DNA of 64,000 nt, taken from the NCBI GenBank assembly GCA_028534125.1, contig CM052816.1, forward strand, positions 18,788,001-18,852,000, in the 5' to 3' direction. The first letter of the stretch is position 1. The number at the start of each line of letters is the position of its first letter. The DNA comes from Lama glama (taxonomy: Eukaryota). Shown here piece by piece: positions 1 through 12,595 of the stretch. A program made the position numbers and the translations under genes. The notes below the pieces were generated by a model that was not told where the DNA came from, did not search any database, and saw only the letters and a program-made list of their open reading frames with translations.

Positions 1-54
1 CTAGACTCTGAAGGTGAAGTGCTTAATCACTTTGCTACTGAAAAATGATTTTAG

Positions 55-1025
55 GTGACACACAGGGGAACAGTTTTTATTTTAATAGCAAATATACTTA
101 ATGTATATTAGGAAAACTAACTATCACACCAAAACTATGATTTTACAGATATTTCTGCTTGGGAGAAGAATAGATTTTTTCTTCAATAAAAAATGAATCT
201 ACTTAAATGCTGGAGAGGATATGGAGAAAAGGGAACCCTCCTACACTGTTGGTGGGAATGAAATTTGGCGCAGCCATTATGGAAAACAGTATGGAGATTC
301 TTTAAAAAACTAAAAATAGACTTAACACATGATCCAGCAATCCCACTCGAGGCATATATCAGGAGTGAACTCTAATTCAAAAATATACACGTACCCCAAA
401 GTTCATAGCAGCACTACTTAAAATAGCCAAGACATGGAAACAACCTGAATGTCCATCAACAGATGACTGGATAAAGAAGTTATGGTATGTTTATACAATG
501 GAATACTACTCATCCATAGAAAAGAATAAAATAATGCCATTTGCTGCAACATGGACAGACCTGGAGAATGTCATTCTAAGTGAAGTAAGAAAGAGAAAGA
601 AAAATACCATAAGATATTATTTATATGTGGAATCTAAAAAAAAAAAGACATGAAGCTATTTACAAAACAGACTCACAGACATAGAAAACTAACAAATGGT
701 TGCTAGAAGGGAAAGAGAATGGGAAGGGATAAATTGGGAGTTCAAGATTCGCAGATAATATTATACATAAAATAGATAAACAACAAGTTTCTACTGTATA
801 GCACAGGGAACTATATTCAGTATCTTGCAGCAACCTATAATGAAAAAGAATATGAAAACAAATATATGTATGAAACATTGTGCTGTACATCAGACATTGA
901 CACAACATTGTACACTGACTATACTTCAATTTAAAAAAATGGAAAAATGAGTCTACTTAAATATCTGTATCACAGGTTATAATGGGATGCAAAAAGAACA
1001 TGCAGGAGATGTGAGAACACTTGTG
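55..1025. mobile_element. Degenerate hAT-Charlie DNA transposon (MER113-like), split by the L1 insertion at ~205-942
   Basis: The AT-rich text 'tttttattttaatagc...tgtatattaggaaaac...gattttacagatatt...gctt' resumes after the L1 as '...atgtgagaacact', resembling MER113-type MITEs (recalled consensus). Confidence 0.4.
205..942 (+). mobile_element. 5'-truncated LINE-1 (ORF2 C-terminus + 3'UTR), relatively young, with 20-bp target-site duplication
   Basis: Reads [31 protein letters not shown] (L1 ORF2 C-terminal Cys-rich region), then a typical 3'UTR and A-rich end. Flanked by aaaaatgaatctacttaaat (189-208) and aaaaatgagtctacttaaat (943-962). Confidence 0.95.
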
Positions 1026-2424
1026 CTGTGGGACCAGACACCACACTTTGTCCCTTCTGGTTCAGTGAATGGGGTTCCAGGCTGCCCCTGTGTCTGTGTG
1101 TATCTGTAGGTGTGGATGATGACGACTCACTTCATGTAAAGGGAATCATGTATCACAAGTTGCTTTCTTCATTCTATAACATGTGCTAGACTTTGCCCTA
1201 AACTATAAATAGAGGTTAAAGCCAGCCCCTTAGGCCTTTCTATGCAGTTGAAGCTTTTTTTTAACCTGCAAGATGTTTCAGGTGACTTGGAGAGAGCCAC
1301 TTCCTCATGGCTGCTGTGCAAGTCTAGAGTTCTGGGGTTTTGGGAGCAAGCCCTCAGTTATCCCAGCCCGCACAGAGCCGTGGAGAAAATGCATCTAATT
1401 CACCGTGCAAGCCAGAGCAACTCAAGTGTTTGGTCCAGCAGAATCCCTCTCCCCAGGCCCAACCTCCAGGGGCTGCTGCCAGTTAACAAGGCACTGGCCT
1501 TCCTGGCCTCCCTGAATCCTCATTGATCCTCACGCTCATGGCCAGCAGGACATGATCTGGCCCAGAGATGGGACTGATTTATCCAGGGTGGAGCTAGGAG
1601 TCTGCGCTGAAGAAGCACTTGAAAATCCTCACAATCCCAGGGGCAGGGATGGGGAACGCCATTCTGGAGATACTCACTCGAGATCAGTGTGGCCCGTGAC
1701 TGTGAAGCCCATGCCTTTAGCCTCTGATCTGCAGGGAGAGCAGTGTCTCTGCCTGGACAGACTACAGTCTCAAGGAGGATGGACACCAGCCCTCCCTGTG
1801 TCTCACACCTCATCTGTGTAACAGGGCCATCTGCCCATCCTGCAGGAGGTTTGAAAATCAGATTTCCAGGGATGTGTGGTCCCTACACTGCTGAGTAGGT
1901 GGGGGCTTGGAGAAAGCAGAGATTCGAGAAGACGGGAGTGGTCAGAGAAGGCTGACGACAGGAGGTAAAAGGGCCCAGCTGCAGCCAGACCAAACCTGCA
2001 CTCCAGGGAATGCACGTGAGGGACAAATTCCCAAGCAGAGGCAGCTAAGGGAACAGAGCGAGGTCAAGGCCCAGGGTGCAGAGAGCTGCATGGGGACTCC
2101 ATGTTCAGGGAGACGTCAACTCAAAACCTGGACCTCAACTACAGCGCGGACTATTTCCATTGCCAACTTGATTTTCTTTGTTAGAAAACAAAAACAAAAC
2201 CAAAAACTCTACATTTGTGTGTCTAGTGGTCAAAATGGCCCTTTGCATTTTCCTCCTCCCGCCGCCCTGTGATCTGTCTCTGCTCAGGGATCCGCTTCTG
2301 ACCTGTTCCCCATCGTGCTCATTCAGACCCAGAAAACTCTCAGCCCAGACAACTGCAGCCTCTTTTAGCTGATCCTGCCCTCAGACACTCCCCGGCCAAC
2401 CCCAGCTCCCAGACCTCTCTTTCT

Positions 2425-2640
2425 AAGATTCTGACTTTATCCTATCACTCCCTTGCTCAAAAACCTTTGGTGGCTCCCTCTTGCTTAGGAAACCAAATCC
2501 AAACTCTGGTCTGGCATCCCAGGCACTTTCACCATCTAGCTGCCTCTCCACTAAGCACATGTCCTCTCGGCACCCTGGACTTGCTATGCCCCTAAAAGGC
2601 CTGGCACATTGCACTCTATGCCTTCTCTCCCCGCAAGCAA
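2425..2640 (+). mobile_element. LINE-2 fragment
   Basis: 'tcactcccttgctcaaaaacctttggtggctccc...aaatccaaactc' is the characteristic L2 3' segment. Confidence 0.7.
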
Positions 2641-2684
2641 GCTGGCAGCCTACCTCCAAGAAATCTCCTGGTGGCTACAGATGC

Positions 2685-3065
2685 TGGCTTAGCTGGCCAG
2701 GGCTGCCGTAATGCAATCCCACACTCTGGGTAACTTCAATGCTCAAATTTATTTTCTCACAGTCCTGGAGGCTGCAAGCCTGAGATCAAGGCATGGTTGG
2801 TTTCTTTTGAGGCCCTCCTTCTTGGCTTATACATGGGTCCCTTCTCCCCGTGTTTTCACATGACTTTCTCTGTGTGTGTGTCCATGTTCTAATCTCCTCC
2901 TCTTCTAAGGACACTGGCCATATTAGATTAGGGCCCCTCCTAATGACCTCATTTTGCCTTAATTATCTCTTTAAAGACCTTATTTCCAAATAGATTGCGT
3001 TTTGAAGTACTGGGGCTTAGGGGTCCAATATGTGAATTTGAGGGTACATAATTCAGTTCATAGCA
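2685..3065 (-). mobile_element. MaLR solo LTR (MLT1A/B-like)
   Basis: 'gggctgccgtaa...tttattttctcacagtcctggaggct...gagatcaagg...gattagggccc...taatgacctcattt...cataattcagttcatagca'. Confidence 0.85.
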
Positions 3066-3234
3066 GGTCCTCAGACCTCCTCTGTCCCTCTTTCTCAGAC
3101 TGTGTTACAGAGAGAATGGCCATGCTCTCACAGAGGCAGGAACCTGGCCTCAGACTGCCTCGAATGCCCACAGCTGCTCTGGTCCTTTCCTTGTCCCCCA
3201 TCCCCTGCAGGGATTTCGCCTCAAGTCCTCAAGG

Positions 3235-3370
3235 AGTCTCAAATTCCTCAGCTGTACAATGGGGAGAGTAACAGCATAAGCTTGTTACAAGAATTAATTT
3301 AGGGAACAGTCAGAAACGGTAAGAATAGTGCCTGGAATAGAGTGACCTCTCCACCAAATGACAGTGATAA
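3235..3370 (+). mobile_element. MIR SINE fragment
   Basis: 'ttcctcagctgtacaatgggga...gaatagtgcctggaatagagt' MIR core. Confidence 0.65.
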
Positions 3371-4789
3371 TTTTTGTGACCTCTCCTGTGAGTCCCCAGG
3401 CTCCTTGTCCACAACCTCCTGGTGCGTCCCGAACCTCTCAGCTTAGAAGACCTGGCCAGGGACATCAAGGATGACTGAGGCAACAGGGCTGCCACTGCTC
3501 TGGGGATGTGGGACCGGGATCTCTAAAGTGATAGACAGAAAGAGATGTTTTATAAATAAATATATACATTTCACATTAACCCTTGTACATATCTTTGTGT
3601 GTGTATTAAAATACCAGCCATAAAGCCAATCAGCTATTACAGAGATGTTCTGTTACTTCAACAAAAAATTTTACATAAAACGTACTTACTACTTTTAAAT
3701 GAGAAGGGAAAAAATCATATACGCTATAGCTCCCCCAGAACTCTTTCCTGTAACTTTTAGTGGGGGATATAGGTACTTTCCTAGTTATCCACAAGGGGGA
3801 AGACTGATTCCATTTCTTCTGGAAGGCATCCTTTGGGTCATCATTAAAGATCATTTAAAAGTGTTATTTCTGATTTTTTGTGTGTGTGACTAGTTCCTTC
3901 AAAGAAATGAAATTTCTCTATTCATGGAAGACACTGTTTTCTTTAAACCTGACAACCTACAGATGGGCTGTTAGTTTAAAAACACTTCAAAATCATTTGC
4001 ACACACATTCTCCCTGCAGTCAGTCATTAAGTATTCTAACAAATGCCACTCCAGGACATAAGGACACTGTGGTCTTTCCACAACAAATCAAGCAAATTAT
4101 TTAAATTCACAGGGAAAAAAAAAGTTTCTCAACATCAAACAGAAAACATTCTCTCTCTGAAAATGTAAATCCCTTAAACATATTCAAGAATTTTAACAAG
4201 CATTCCAGAAAACTATCCTATTACTCTTTGAAGCCCTGAAAGAATTTTCTTAATAGTCACATGCTACTCAGGGTTGGGGAGAGGGGCTTGTAAGTGACAA
4301 TGAGGTGGAAGCAGGGCCCATGAGTCCCTGAATACCCTCTTCCAGAAAGACAGAAGCACCTTTAGAGAATCACTGGGCAAATGCAGGCGGTGCAGGGGAA
4401 ATCTTCTAAGAATAAAGTACGAGATCCATTTCCCATCTGTTTTACATCTGGGGTTAGAAATAGGACACAGTGCTCTGAATTACAGGGAGAGCCTCAAAGA
4501 TGTTAAGAACAGAGAGCTGTGGAGAACTTGGATCTCTTGTCTGAGGTCGTCTACCATCCAATATTGAGTCTAGTTGGGGGTGGGGGCATTTCAAAAGAAT
4601 GAAACCAGGGTGGTAGGCAAGCTGGAGGTAGAAAGCAGTCTGACGCTTAGTCCCTTTTTGAGCTAATAACCAAACATGACCTTCAGTTCCAAGAACTGGG
4701 TCTCCATCTAAGGTCAGAAAAACAGGAGCTTCTAGAGGATACCAGCTATTTAACTCAGAGAAGTTTTTCCTAAAGAAATAAATTGAAGA

Positions 4790-5100
4790 TATTTTCAGAG
4801 ATGTGGCTTTAAGATACTTACCACAGTGTTGTTCATAACAGGAAAAAGTAAATAAAAAAGAAAAAAAGAAAAATCTCTTCAGTATCCAACAATGGGGAAT
4901 TGATTAGATAAATGGTGCTGAATCCACACAGGTAAATATTATGAAACAACTTAAAATTATAACACACAAATGTACTTATTATCATGGAAAAATAATTATA
5001 TTAACTGAAAAATAGCTGGTTATGGAACAGTCTAGGCAGGATGTATATATTTTGGTAGACTTGTAGATATCATTTCTCTTTTTGCTAACTTAGAAATTGT
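4790..5100 (+). mobile_element. Old L1ME-type 3' fragment
   Basis: 'gtatccaacaatggggaattgattagataaatggtgc...atccacaca...aatattatg' L1 3' motif. Confidence 0.6.
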
Positions 5101-5159
5101 CATCTTATTAAAAATAATAAGCAAAACATATGCTAGCTATAGAAAAGTTACATTAAAAA

Positions 5160-6790
5160 AGAGACAGAACCCCAAATTCCTATCAAAACACTAGTAAGAT
5201 AATTTGTAGATATAGGTAAGATTATTTTAAAATGTATGTGGAAAGAAAAAGGAACTAACGTAGTTTAAGTAACGTTTGAAAAAGAATCAAGTGAGAAGAA
5301 CTGCTCTACCTGACTTCAAGACTTATTATGCACCTACAGCAGTCAGGACTGTGTGGTATCGGTGGAGACACACATAGATCAATGAAACAGAAGAGAACCC
5401 ACAAATAGACCCACATACATATACCCAACTGATTTTTGGCAAAAGTGCAAAAGCAAACCAATGCAGCATAGCCTTTTCAACAAATGGGGCTGGAGCAACT
5501 GGACATCTGTGTGCAAAAAATTAATGGACCTGGACCTAAGCCTCACATCTCATATGAAAGTTAACTCAAAATGTATCACAAATGTAATTGTAAAACTATA
5601 AAACTGTTAGAAAAAAAGAATTGGAGAAAGTCTTCGGAGCCAGGAAAGAGTTCTTAGATGTAACATCAAAAGCACAGTCCATAAAAGGAACGATTGATAA
5701 GCTGGACTTCATCAAAATGAAAAACTTTTGCTCCTTGCTAAGAGAATTTTTTTAGAAAGCTAGAGTGGGAGAAAATATTTGCAAACCACATATCTGACAA
5801 AGGACTAGTATCCTTTATAAGGAAATCACCTGCAAAACTGAACAGTGAAAAACCCAAACAACCCAATTAGAATATGGACAAAAGGCAAGAAAAGACACTT
5901 CACCAAATAGGGAATACAGATAGGCAATACACACAAGAAAAGATGTTCAACATCACTAGCCATTAGGGAAACATAAATTAAAACCACAATGAGATATCAC
6001 TATGCACCTATCGAAATGCCTTAAATAAAAATGAGTGACAACATCAAATGCTGGAGAAAATATATAGAAACAATCACTCATACATCGCTGGTGAGAATGT
6101 AAAATAGGACAGTCACTGGAGAAAACAGTTTCTTAAAAAAACTAAACATGCAACTAACTACCACAGAATCCAGCAATCACACGGCTGGGCATTCATCCTA
6201 GAGAAATGAAGACTTAGGTTCACACCAAAATCTGTACACGAATGTATATAGCAGCTTTAGTCATAGTACCCCCAGATTGGAAACAACCCAGACGTCCTCC
6301 AATGGGTGAAAAGTTAAGCAGCCAGTGGCCCATCCATACCTTGGCTACTAGCCAACAATAAACAGGAAGGAACTGTTGATAACACACAACAACCATGACT
6401 CTCCTGAGAATCCGCTGAGTGGGGAAAGCCAATTCCAAAAGGTACATTCTGTGTGAGTCCATTTACATAACACTCTCGAAATGACAAAATTACAGAAATG
6501 GAGGTCAGTTTAATGGTTGCAAGTAGTTAAGGAGGGGTGAAGGCACAGGGAAATGGGTGTGGCTGTTAAGGGGCAACATGAGGAATCCTTATGGGGACCA
6601 CAGGGATCCCTATGTCTATCATATGACTAACAAGGTCACTATTCTGGTTGTGATATTGTACTAGAGTTTTGCAAGACGTTACCATTGGAGGAAGCTGGAT
6701 AAAGGGTATGTGGGATCTCCCTGTACTATTTCTCACAACTGTATGTGGATCTACAATGATCTTGAAACAAAAAGTTCCATTAGAATAAGA
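5160..6790 (+). mobile_element. Degenerate LINE-1 (L1MC1/2-like): ORF2 3' part and 3'UTR
   Basis: ORF2-like text ('cctgacttcaagacttattatgcacctacagcagtcaggactgtgtggtatcgg', 'aaatatttgcaaaccacatatctgacaaagg') with many stops and frameshifts. L1MC-type end 'gtgatattgtactagagttttgcaagacgttaccattggagg'. Confidence 0.92.
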
Positions 6791-7659
6791 ATGACAGAGA
6801 TGAGGTTATCCCCAGAAACTGGCAAACATGTGCCTGTGACCTGTGGGCTTCATTAAAGACCCTGCATTCCGTGGGGTACTGTGTATGCCTGGGACTGCCT
6901 CATTGTCGAGGTGGCACCACAGAGTCAGGGCCATGTCTCCTAGGAGCCCCCAAGGGCATTCCCTCCCAGGGCTGTGTCTGCAGCCTCAGGAGGAGAGGAG
7001 ACTGTATGACAGGGGCTTTCCCCAGTCAGTGCTAAGCCATGGAGCAGAGACCGCCGGGCACCACTGTCCAGACAGGCCCAGGCCCCAGGAGCAGAGCCTC
7101 AGGGAAGTGCACACCTGTGTCAGCCATGTCTACAGGGAGCAAGATTTGGGAGTCAGTCGGTGTCTATCAGGAACCAACAAATGAGTAGGCACTGTTCAGG
7201 GCCGTCTCTCCAGGAGCTGATGGCTGCTGAGCTGAGTCCTTACCAAGAGCAGCTTTCTCCAATTAAATAACCCCAGGCAGGCTTTCTGCAAACCCTAGCA
7301 CTACGCCTAGTAACCAATAGGTAAACGTAGTATGACTTATTACTTTACAAAGTCCAGGAAATGCTGCTTTGATCTGTTCCCTGCCTCTAATGAGGAGGCA
7401 GCTATCAGAGCTGGACACAAGGCATCAGGTTAAGGGAACTGAGAACGAGGAGGGAGCACCGCATCGAGAATGGCTCCTGTCTGCACTAGCGCCCCAGCCA
7501 CACTGCTCCCCACAGTGTGCACACAGAGCTCAGGAGGGGACAACAGAAGAGACTTAGAGACAAAGGAGGAACACAGCCTAGGGGGATGACTGAGGGAGGG
7601 GAGGCAGCAGACGTGAGTGGTGCAAGGAACCCTGGCACTAATGCCGAACCTAAAATAAC

Positions 7660-8062
7660 CTCTCCCCCTTGGCCTTCTTTCTGTTCCTGCAACTCACCCA
7701 GGGTTTCCCACCTTAGGGCCTTTGTGCTGGCTGTTTCCCCTGCCTGAGTGCTCTGCTCTCCAGATCTGAGCCGATTCTGCTGGATCTCAGCACACCTGCC
7801 TCTTCCTCAGAAGGGCCGGCCATCCCTGACATCTCCCTTCACGTAGGTTTCCTGACCCACCTCTACCCACTGTCCCCTGCACAACTCCCTTCCCCTTTGA
7901 AGCACTTTTTTTTCAGGAAGTATCTTGTTTACTAGTTTATTATCCCCAGCAAAGAGGATGGTCCATAAAGACAGAGAGTTGGACTCTCTTCTTCCCTCGT
8001 TATCCCCATGACCTGGCACAGAGAGGTTCGATAAATACCTCTTGAAAGAATCAGTGAATGAA
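7660..8062 (+). mobile_element. LINE-2 3' end
   Basis: 'ttagggcctttgtgctggctgtttcccctgcctg...cctggcacagagaggttcgataaata...gaatgaa'. Confidence 0.75.
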
Positions 8063-8674
8063 GCCATCTCTTTTCCTGTAGCAGCTTTAATTCTGCGCAG
8101 GAGAGGCTGTGGTCATAATAAAGGTCCCTCTCGGGGGGGGGGGGGTTGCTGCCTGCAGGAGACTTATAAGAGCAAAGAGCCCCACCTTTTTGGCAATCCC
8201 TTTGGTAGGAGCTTTTGTGCTAAGTCTGACAAGTCAAGTCAGGATTGTGTTTCTGACATATCTGAGCTGATGGTGTTTGCTGCCAGGCTGGGTCCAGGAG
8301 CTGCCTACTCTCCTGTTCCTGGCTTGCACCGTCTGACTAAGTGACAGCACCTACCTGTCCCAAGAACAGAGTGTTTGGATAATTCTGAAGCCTCTCCTTT
8401 GGTTTCAGATGCAGTCTATTGAAATCACTTTCCAGTGAGGAGGACCAGAGCCCCAGACACAAGTCAGGAGCTCCTGCTCCTCTGGGAACCAGCTGTGCCA
8501 ATGACTTACTCCCTGACCTTGGGCAAGGCCCTTCGCATCTCTGGGCCTTGATATCTGTAAAGGAAACATGGCCTCTCGGCTCCCATCTTAACCAGGCACT
8601 CCACCCTGCCCAGGGTTCCTGTGGGGTGGGGGAAGGTCTCCTTTTCCCTCCAGAGAGAAGGTCATTGTAGTAAG

Positions 8675-9007
8675 TGCTATGGACTGAATATCGGTGTTCC
8701 CCAAACACATTTGTTGAAACCTAATGCCCCAAATGATGGTATCAGGAGGTGGGACCTTTGGGGGTGATGAGGTCATGAGGGTGGAGCCCTCAGTATGGGA
8801 TTAGTGCCCTTATAAGAGGGATCTTAGAGAGCTCCCTTGCCCTTCTGCCATCTGACATTACAGCAAAACCGACCCTCATCAGACAGCGAATCTGTCAATG
8901 CCATGATCGTGGACTTCTCAGCCTTCATAAGTGAGAAATAAATTTCTGTTGTTTGGAAGCTACAAGTGTGTGGTATTATGTTATAGTAGACCGAATGGAC
9001 TAAGACA
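8675..9007 (+). mobile_element. MaLR solo LTR (MLT1A-like)
   Basis: Starts tgctatggactgaat, contains aataaa, ends gactaagaca. Degenerate 5-bp TSD gtaag/gcagg. Confidence 0.9.
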
Positions 9008-9199
9008 GCAGGTTCCCTGGGCTCAGCAGCCCACCTTAGGAGCTCTAGACCAAACTCTGCCCTGGATGAAAGACCTTCATGTGAGGAGCTGGTTGGTGCA
9101 AAGTCCCACCCACCCTGGAGGGATGACTCCCCCCCCCCCGGGGGCTGTGGGGCTGGACGAGGCCTCTGACACTTGAGAGCGATTAGACTTTGGACAAGC

Positions 9200-9335
9200 C
9201 GCATCAGCATCCTGACCTTCAGTGTGCTCATCTGTAACTGAGATAAAAGCAGCAGCAGCTGATGGGATTAAACCAAATAAGGATGCAAACATACAGTGCC
9301 TGGCACACAGTAAATGCTCAATAATGGCAGCTTTT
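9200..9335 (+). mobile_element. MIR SINE
   Basis: 'ctcatctgtaactgagataa...acagtgcctggcacacagtaaatgctcaataa'. Confidence 0.8.
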
Positions 9336-11287
9336 GGTGATAAGAAGGTGATGATGACGGAGGAGATGGTGAGGATGATGAATTTGCACTGAAAAAAAAC
9401 CACCATGAAAGGACGATCTACAGTTGTGCTCTTGAAGAAAGGAGTGTGTGCAAGGAGTCTGAGCTTGAGCTGCTCTGGAAAATGTAAAATTTATTTACAT
9501 ATGAGGCATAGAGAAGAGCTCCAGGCATAAAACAGTAATGTGCTTCCCAAAGAAGCATTTAAGACCAGATACTTCTAGACTTCAAAAACACTGAGAAATT
9601 ATAGAATAACCTAGATGCTTGTTTCCCAGCTATTTCTGGCTCTTAGCAGTCATGATGTGATGGCCATTTACAGGGATGGTAAGGAAATCTCAGAAGCCAC
9701 AATTTAGTGTGCTGTTAAAAATGATACCCGTGAAGACTGTGTAGCAATGTGAGGCCAGGCTTAGCAGAGAACGGGAAACAGAATGCAAAATTGTTTTCCG
9801 ATTAGCGCTGTTTAGAAAAATGTCTGCTATGCACAAGCACTGGAAGAGAAAATTAAAAACAGTTGATTTGCTTGACTGATGGGATTAGGAGTGATTAAAG
9901 CAACATTTCTGTTACGGTTGTTACATTGCGGTTTGTGCCATTTTTTGAGTAAGAGAGAGAGCGCGCCAAGAGCATATGTATACTTCAGGGGTCCCTGGCG
10001 CTGCCCTTGGAGCTGTCCCCCTCCTTTATTCTCTCTCTCTCTCTCTCTCTGATACTCCATCTCTCCCACTTGCTACCATTCAAAATGGCTCCAGCCCCAA
10101 TAGGACCTGTTGGAGAGGGATTTTTGCAAATTTACAATAGCTGAAAGAATAGCCAATTGACTGGCCAATGAGAAAACATTGTTGGGCTTAATCGACAAGC
10201 CATTTGGCACCATGGGGAGTTTAAAGAGACATAAGGGGCAAAGGGAAAGCATGAGGGGAGCCACACCATGAAGACACATGCCTGCAAGGAGCCTGCGAAG
10301 CAAGAAACCTTGAGCCCTAGGGTAGAGGCCCATGAGGGCCGGCTACTTCACCAGGCAGAAGACACCCAGCCATGAAGCCCTCTCAAAAGAGAAGCAGATG
10401 TTGTGCAGTGAGCAAAGGGGTCATTTAAGGTCCCTGTGCTCCAGCCCTGTCTGGGGTGACCCCCTGTGGGCAGCCAGGGCAGAGACGCAGTGCCTGCAAT
10501 AATCATTTGTGCCTGAACAACAGCACAGAAGGTGCCCTGGGATGCCAGACTTGCGCTCGGCTCCCTGGGACCCAGCCAGGCCACATCGTAGCTGAACTGT
10601 GATGGGGCTCAGGCTCTAAGCTCCTTCGGCCTCGCCCAGGCAATCCATAAACCCTAACACTTCCAGGTGAGGAAACAGACTCCAAAGAACCGAGTAACTC
10701 CCCCAAGGTCAAAGGCCACATGTCCTTGTAAATGACTGTGTGATTCAAACCCACACTGTGTTTTCCTGACTATCTGCCTTACCGATAAATGTGGAAGAAC
10801 AGCCAAGTACTCACAAAGAGGAAGGAAATAAAATTCCCTCTGTGCTCGCACACCCACCGACAGATCCCTCAGATGGCCAGTTTGCACGGTCAAATTGCCC
10901 AGAGGGTACCAACTGCTATTAATAGCAAGAGAAGCTTGGGGACAGGCAGGATGGAACTTTAGGTGGACCGGCCAACAGACAGACAGACTCAGCCTGACAG
11001 GGTGCTATTTTCAAGTCAAGTAAACATGAATGAGAACTGTTAGAAATTTTAAAGAGAAAACTGGATTCCTGATCCCTGTCTGCTCAATTAACATGCTTGC
11101 CCAGAGCTTCAGAAGAGAATTGATTTTAAACTTCTGCTCTGCTCTAGGTCTCCTGCAATGGTTCACAACAAAGGCAAAACCACACTGGACCATTTCCCTC
11201 CAACGCGGCATCTGGAGCCCTGCAGAATGCAGACTGCTGAACTTTGCCCAGGTGGCCGTGGAGTGGGCTGGGAGAAGCCCCACATAC

Positions 11288-11438
11288 CTGGGCTGCAGGC
11301 CCTCTCTGCTGGTCATTCTTGGTTTTCAGCAACACGTTGTCACAAGAGCACATCTTATAATAATCGAAGAGGAAGTTCAGGTCATCTTCCCAGAGTTTTG
11401 GCATGAGCCCAGGCAGTGAGCAAGGCTGTCAGCAGCCT
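11288..11438 (-). other. Candidate exon (151 nt) containing ATG...MPKLWEDDLNFLFDYYKMCSCDNVLLKTKNDQQRGPAAQ; identity unknown
   Basis: Minus strand: acceptor tgtgtgtccacag|AGG, donor CAG|gtatgt. Repeat-free. No homolog recognised. Confidence 0.3.
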
Positions 11439-12479
11439 CTGTGGACACACAGTAGTTCTCTGCTGCCTCTTTCCCTTTCCCTGACCCACACCCCCTTTAG
11501 AAGTCTCTTCCTCCTGCAGGAACAGTCCCCACTTCTTAACTTATTTCTCCTGGCTCTTACATTCAGTTCTAGAGAGCAGGGACCTGTCCCCCTCTTGCAG
11601 CACTCATACCATCCAGTGGGTGGCTTTCAACCAGCTTTAGCCGTGGAACCCTCCTGACAGTAATTTTAGGTGAGGCCCCACGTGTAATCAGGCAGAGGTG
11701 AAACGACACCGGCTGAGATGGGCACGGGAGCTCAGAGCCCTTGGCCAGGTGCCCCCCTGCTACCTGCCCCTGAGAGCATGCCTCAGGGTAGCACTTGCAC
11801 CCTGATGTACCCCAAAATGCCCAGAAGACGTGTGGATCAGTGTCAGAGGTGGAGCCAGAACCTGACCCCACCCCTCCCACTGCCAGGAGAGCCCCAGAAA
11901 GTATCTTGTTCCATCCCTACCTATACCACCTCTTGCTCCACTCCCCATTTTTGTTGGTGTGAGTCCAATGATTTTGAGGATTGTTTCCCTTTTCCCTTCT
12001 TGCCCGACCCTAGCATCTCTGTGCCATGGACTGTGGGGGGCAATCAGTGCCAGGGCTGGGCTATGCAGGGGCAGACAGATACGTGTATCGAAGGCATTAT
12101 GAAACTTTCTCTGGGCCTCAGACCATCTGAGGAAACTCTCATCATTCAGACCAGCAACAGCAAATACTGGAGTCACAAGGACATCAATTCCCATGAAGAG
12201 CCACCTTCCTCCTCTGTAAATGTGTCCTCAGTTGTACAAGGGTTCCTTGTCCAAGACAAGGAAGGGGTCTCACATTTTAGGTGAAAAGACACTGAAGTTG
12301 GTACCAGATGAATAGCTCTGCTGCCAACGTCAGGGGGTCTCTGAACATGTCACCTTCCAGGATCTGGGCTCCTGTCTATTGAGGAGATTGTAATCCCCAC
12401 CTCCCTCACTTCATGGGGGTACAGAGAAGGGTGTGAAGAGGCCCTGCAGAGTGGGACCTGTGAATAGGAAGTAGATGGC

Positions 12480-12595
12480 CATGTTGTGTAGAGCTCGGCT
12501 CTGGAGTTGGACACACCTGGGTTTCAGTGTCAGCGCAGCCAGTGCTGGGACCTTGGGCAAGTTCTCTCATCTCTGTGAGCCTTGTCTGCAGGAGA
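12480..12595 (+). mobile_element. MIR SINE fragment
   Basis: 'ggctctggagttggacacacctgggttt...ccttgggcaagttctctcatctctgtgagcct'. Confidence 0.75.
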
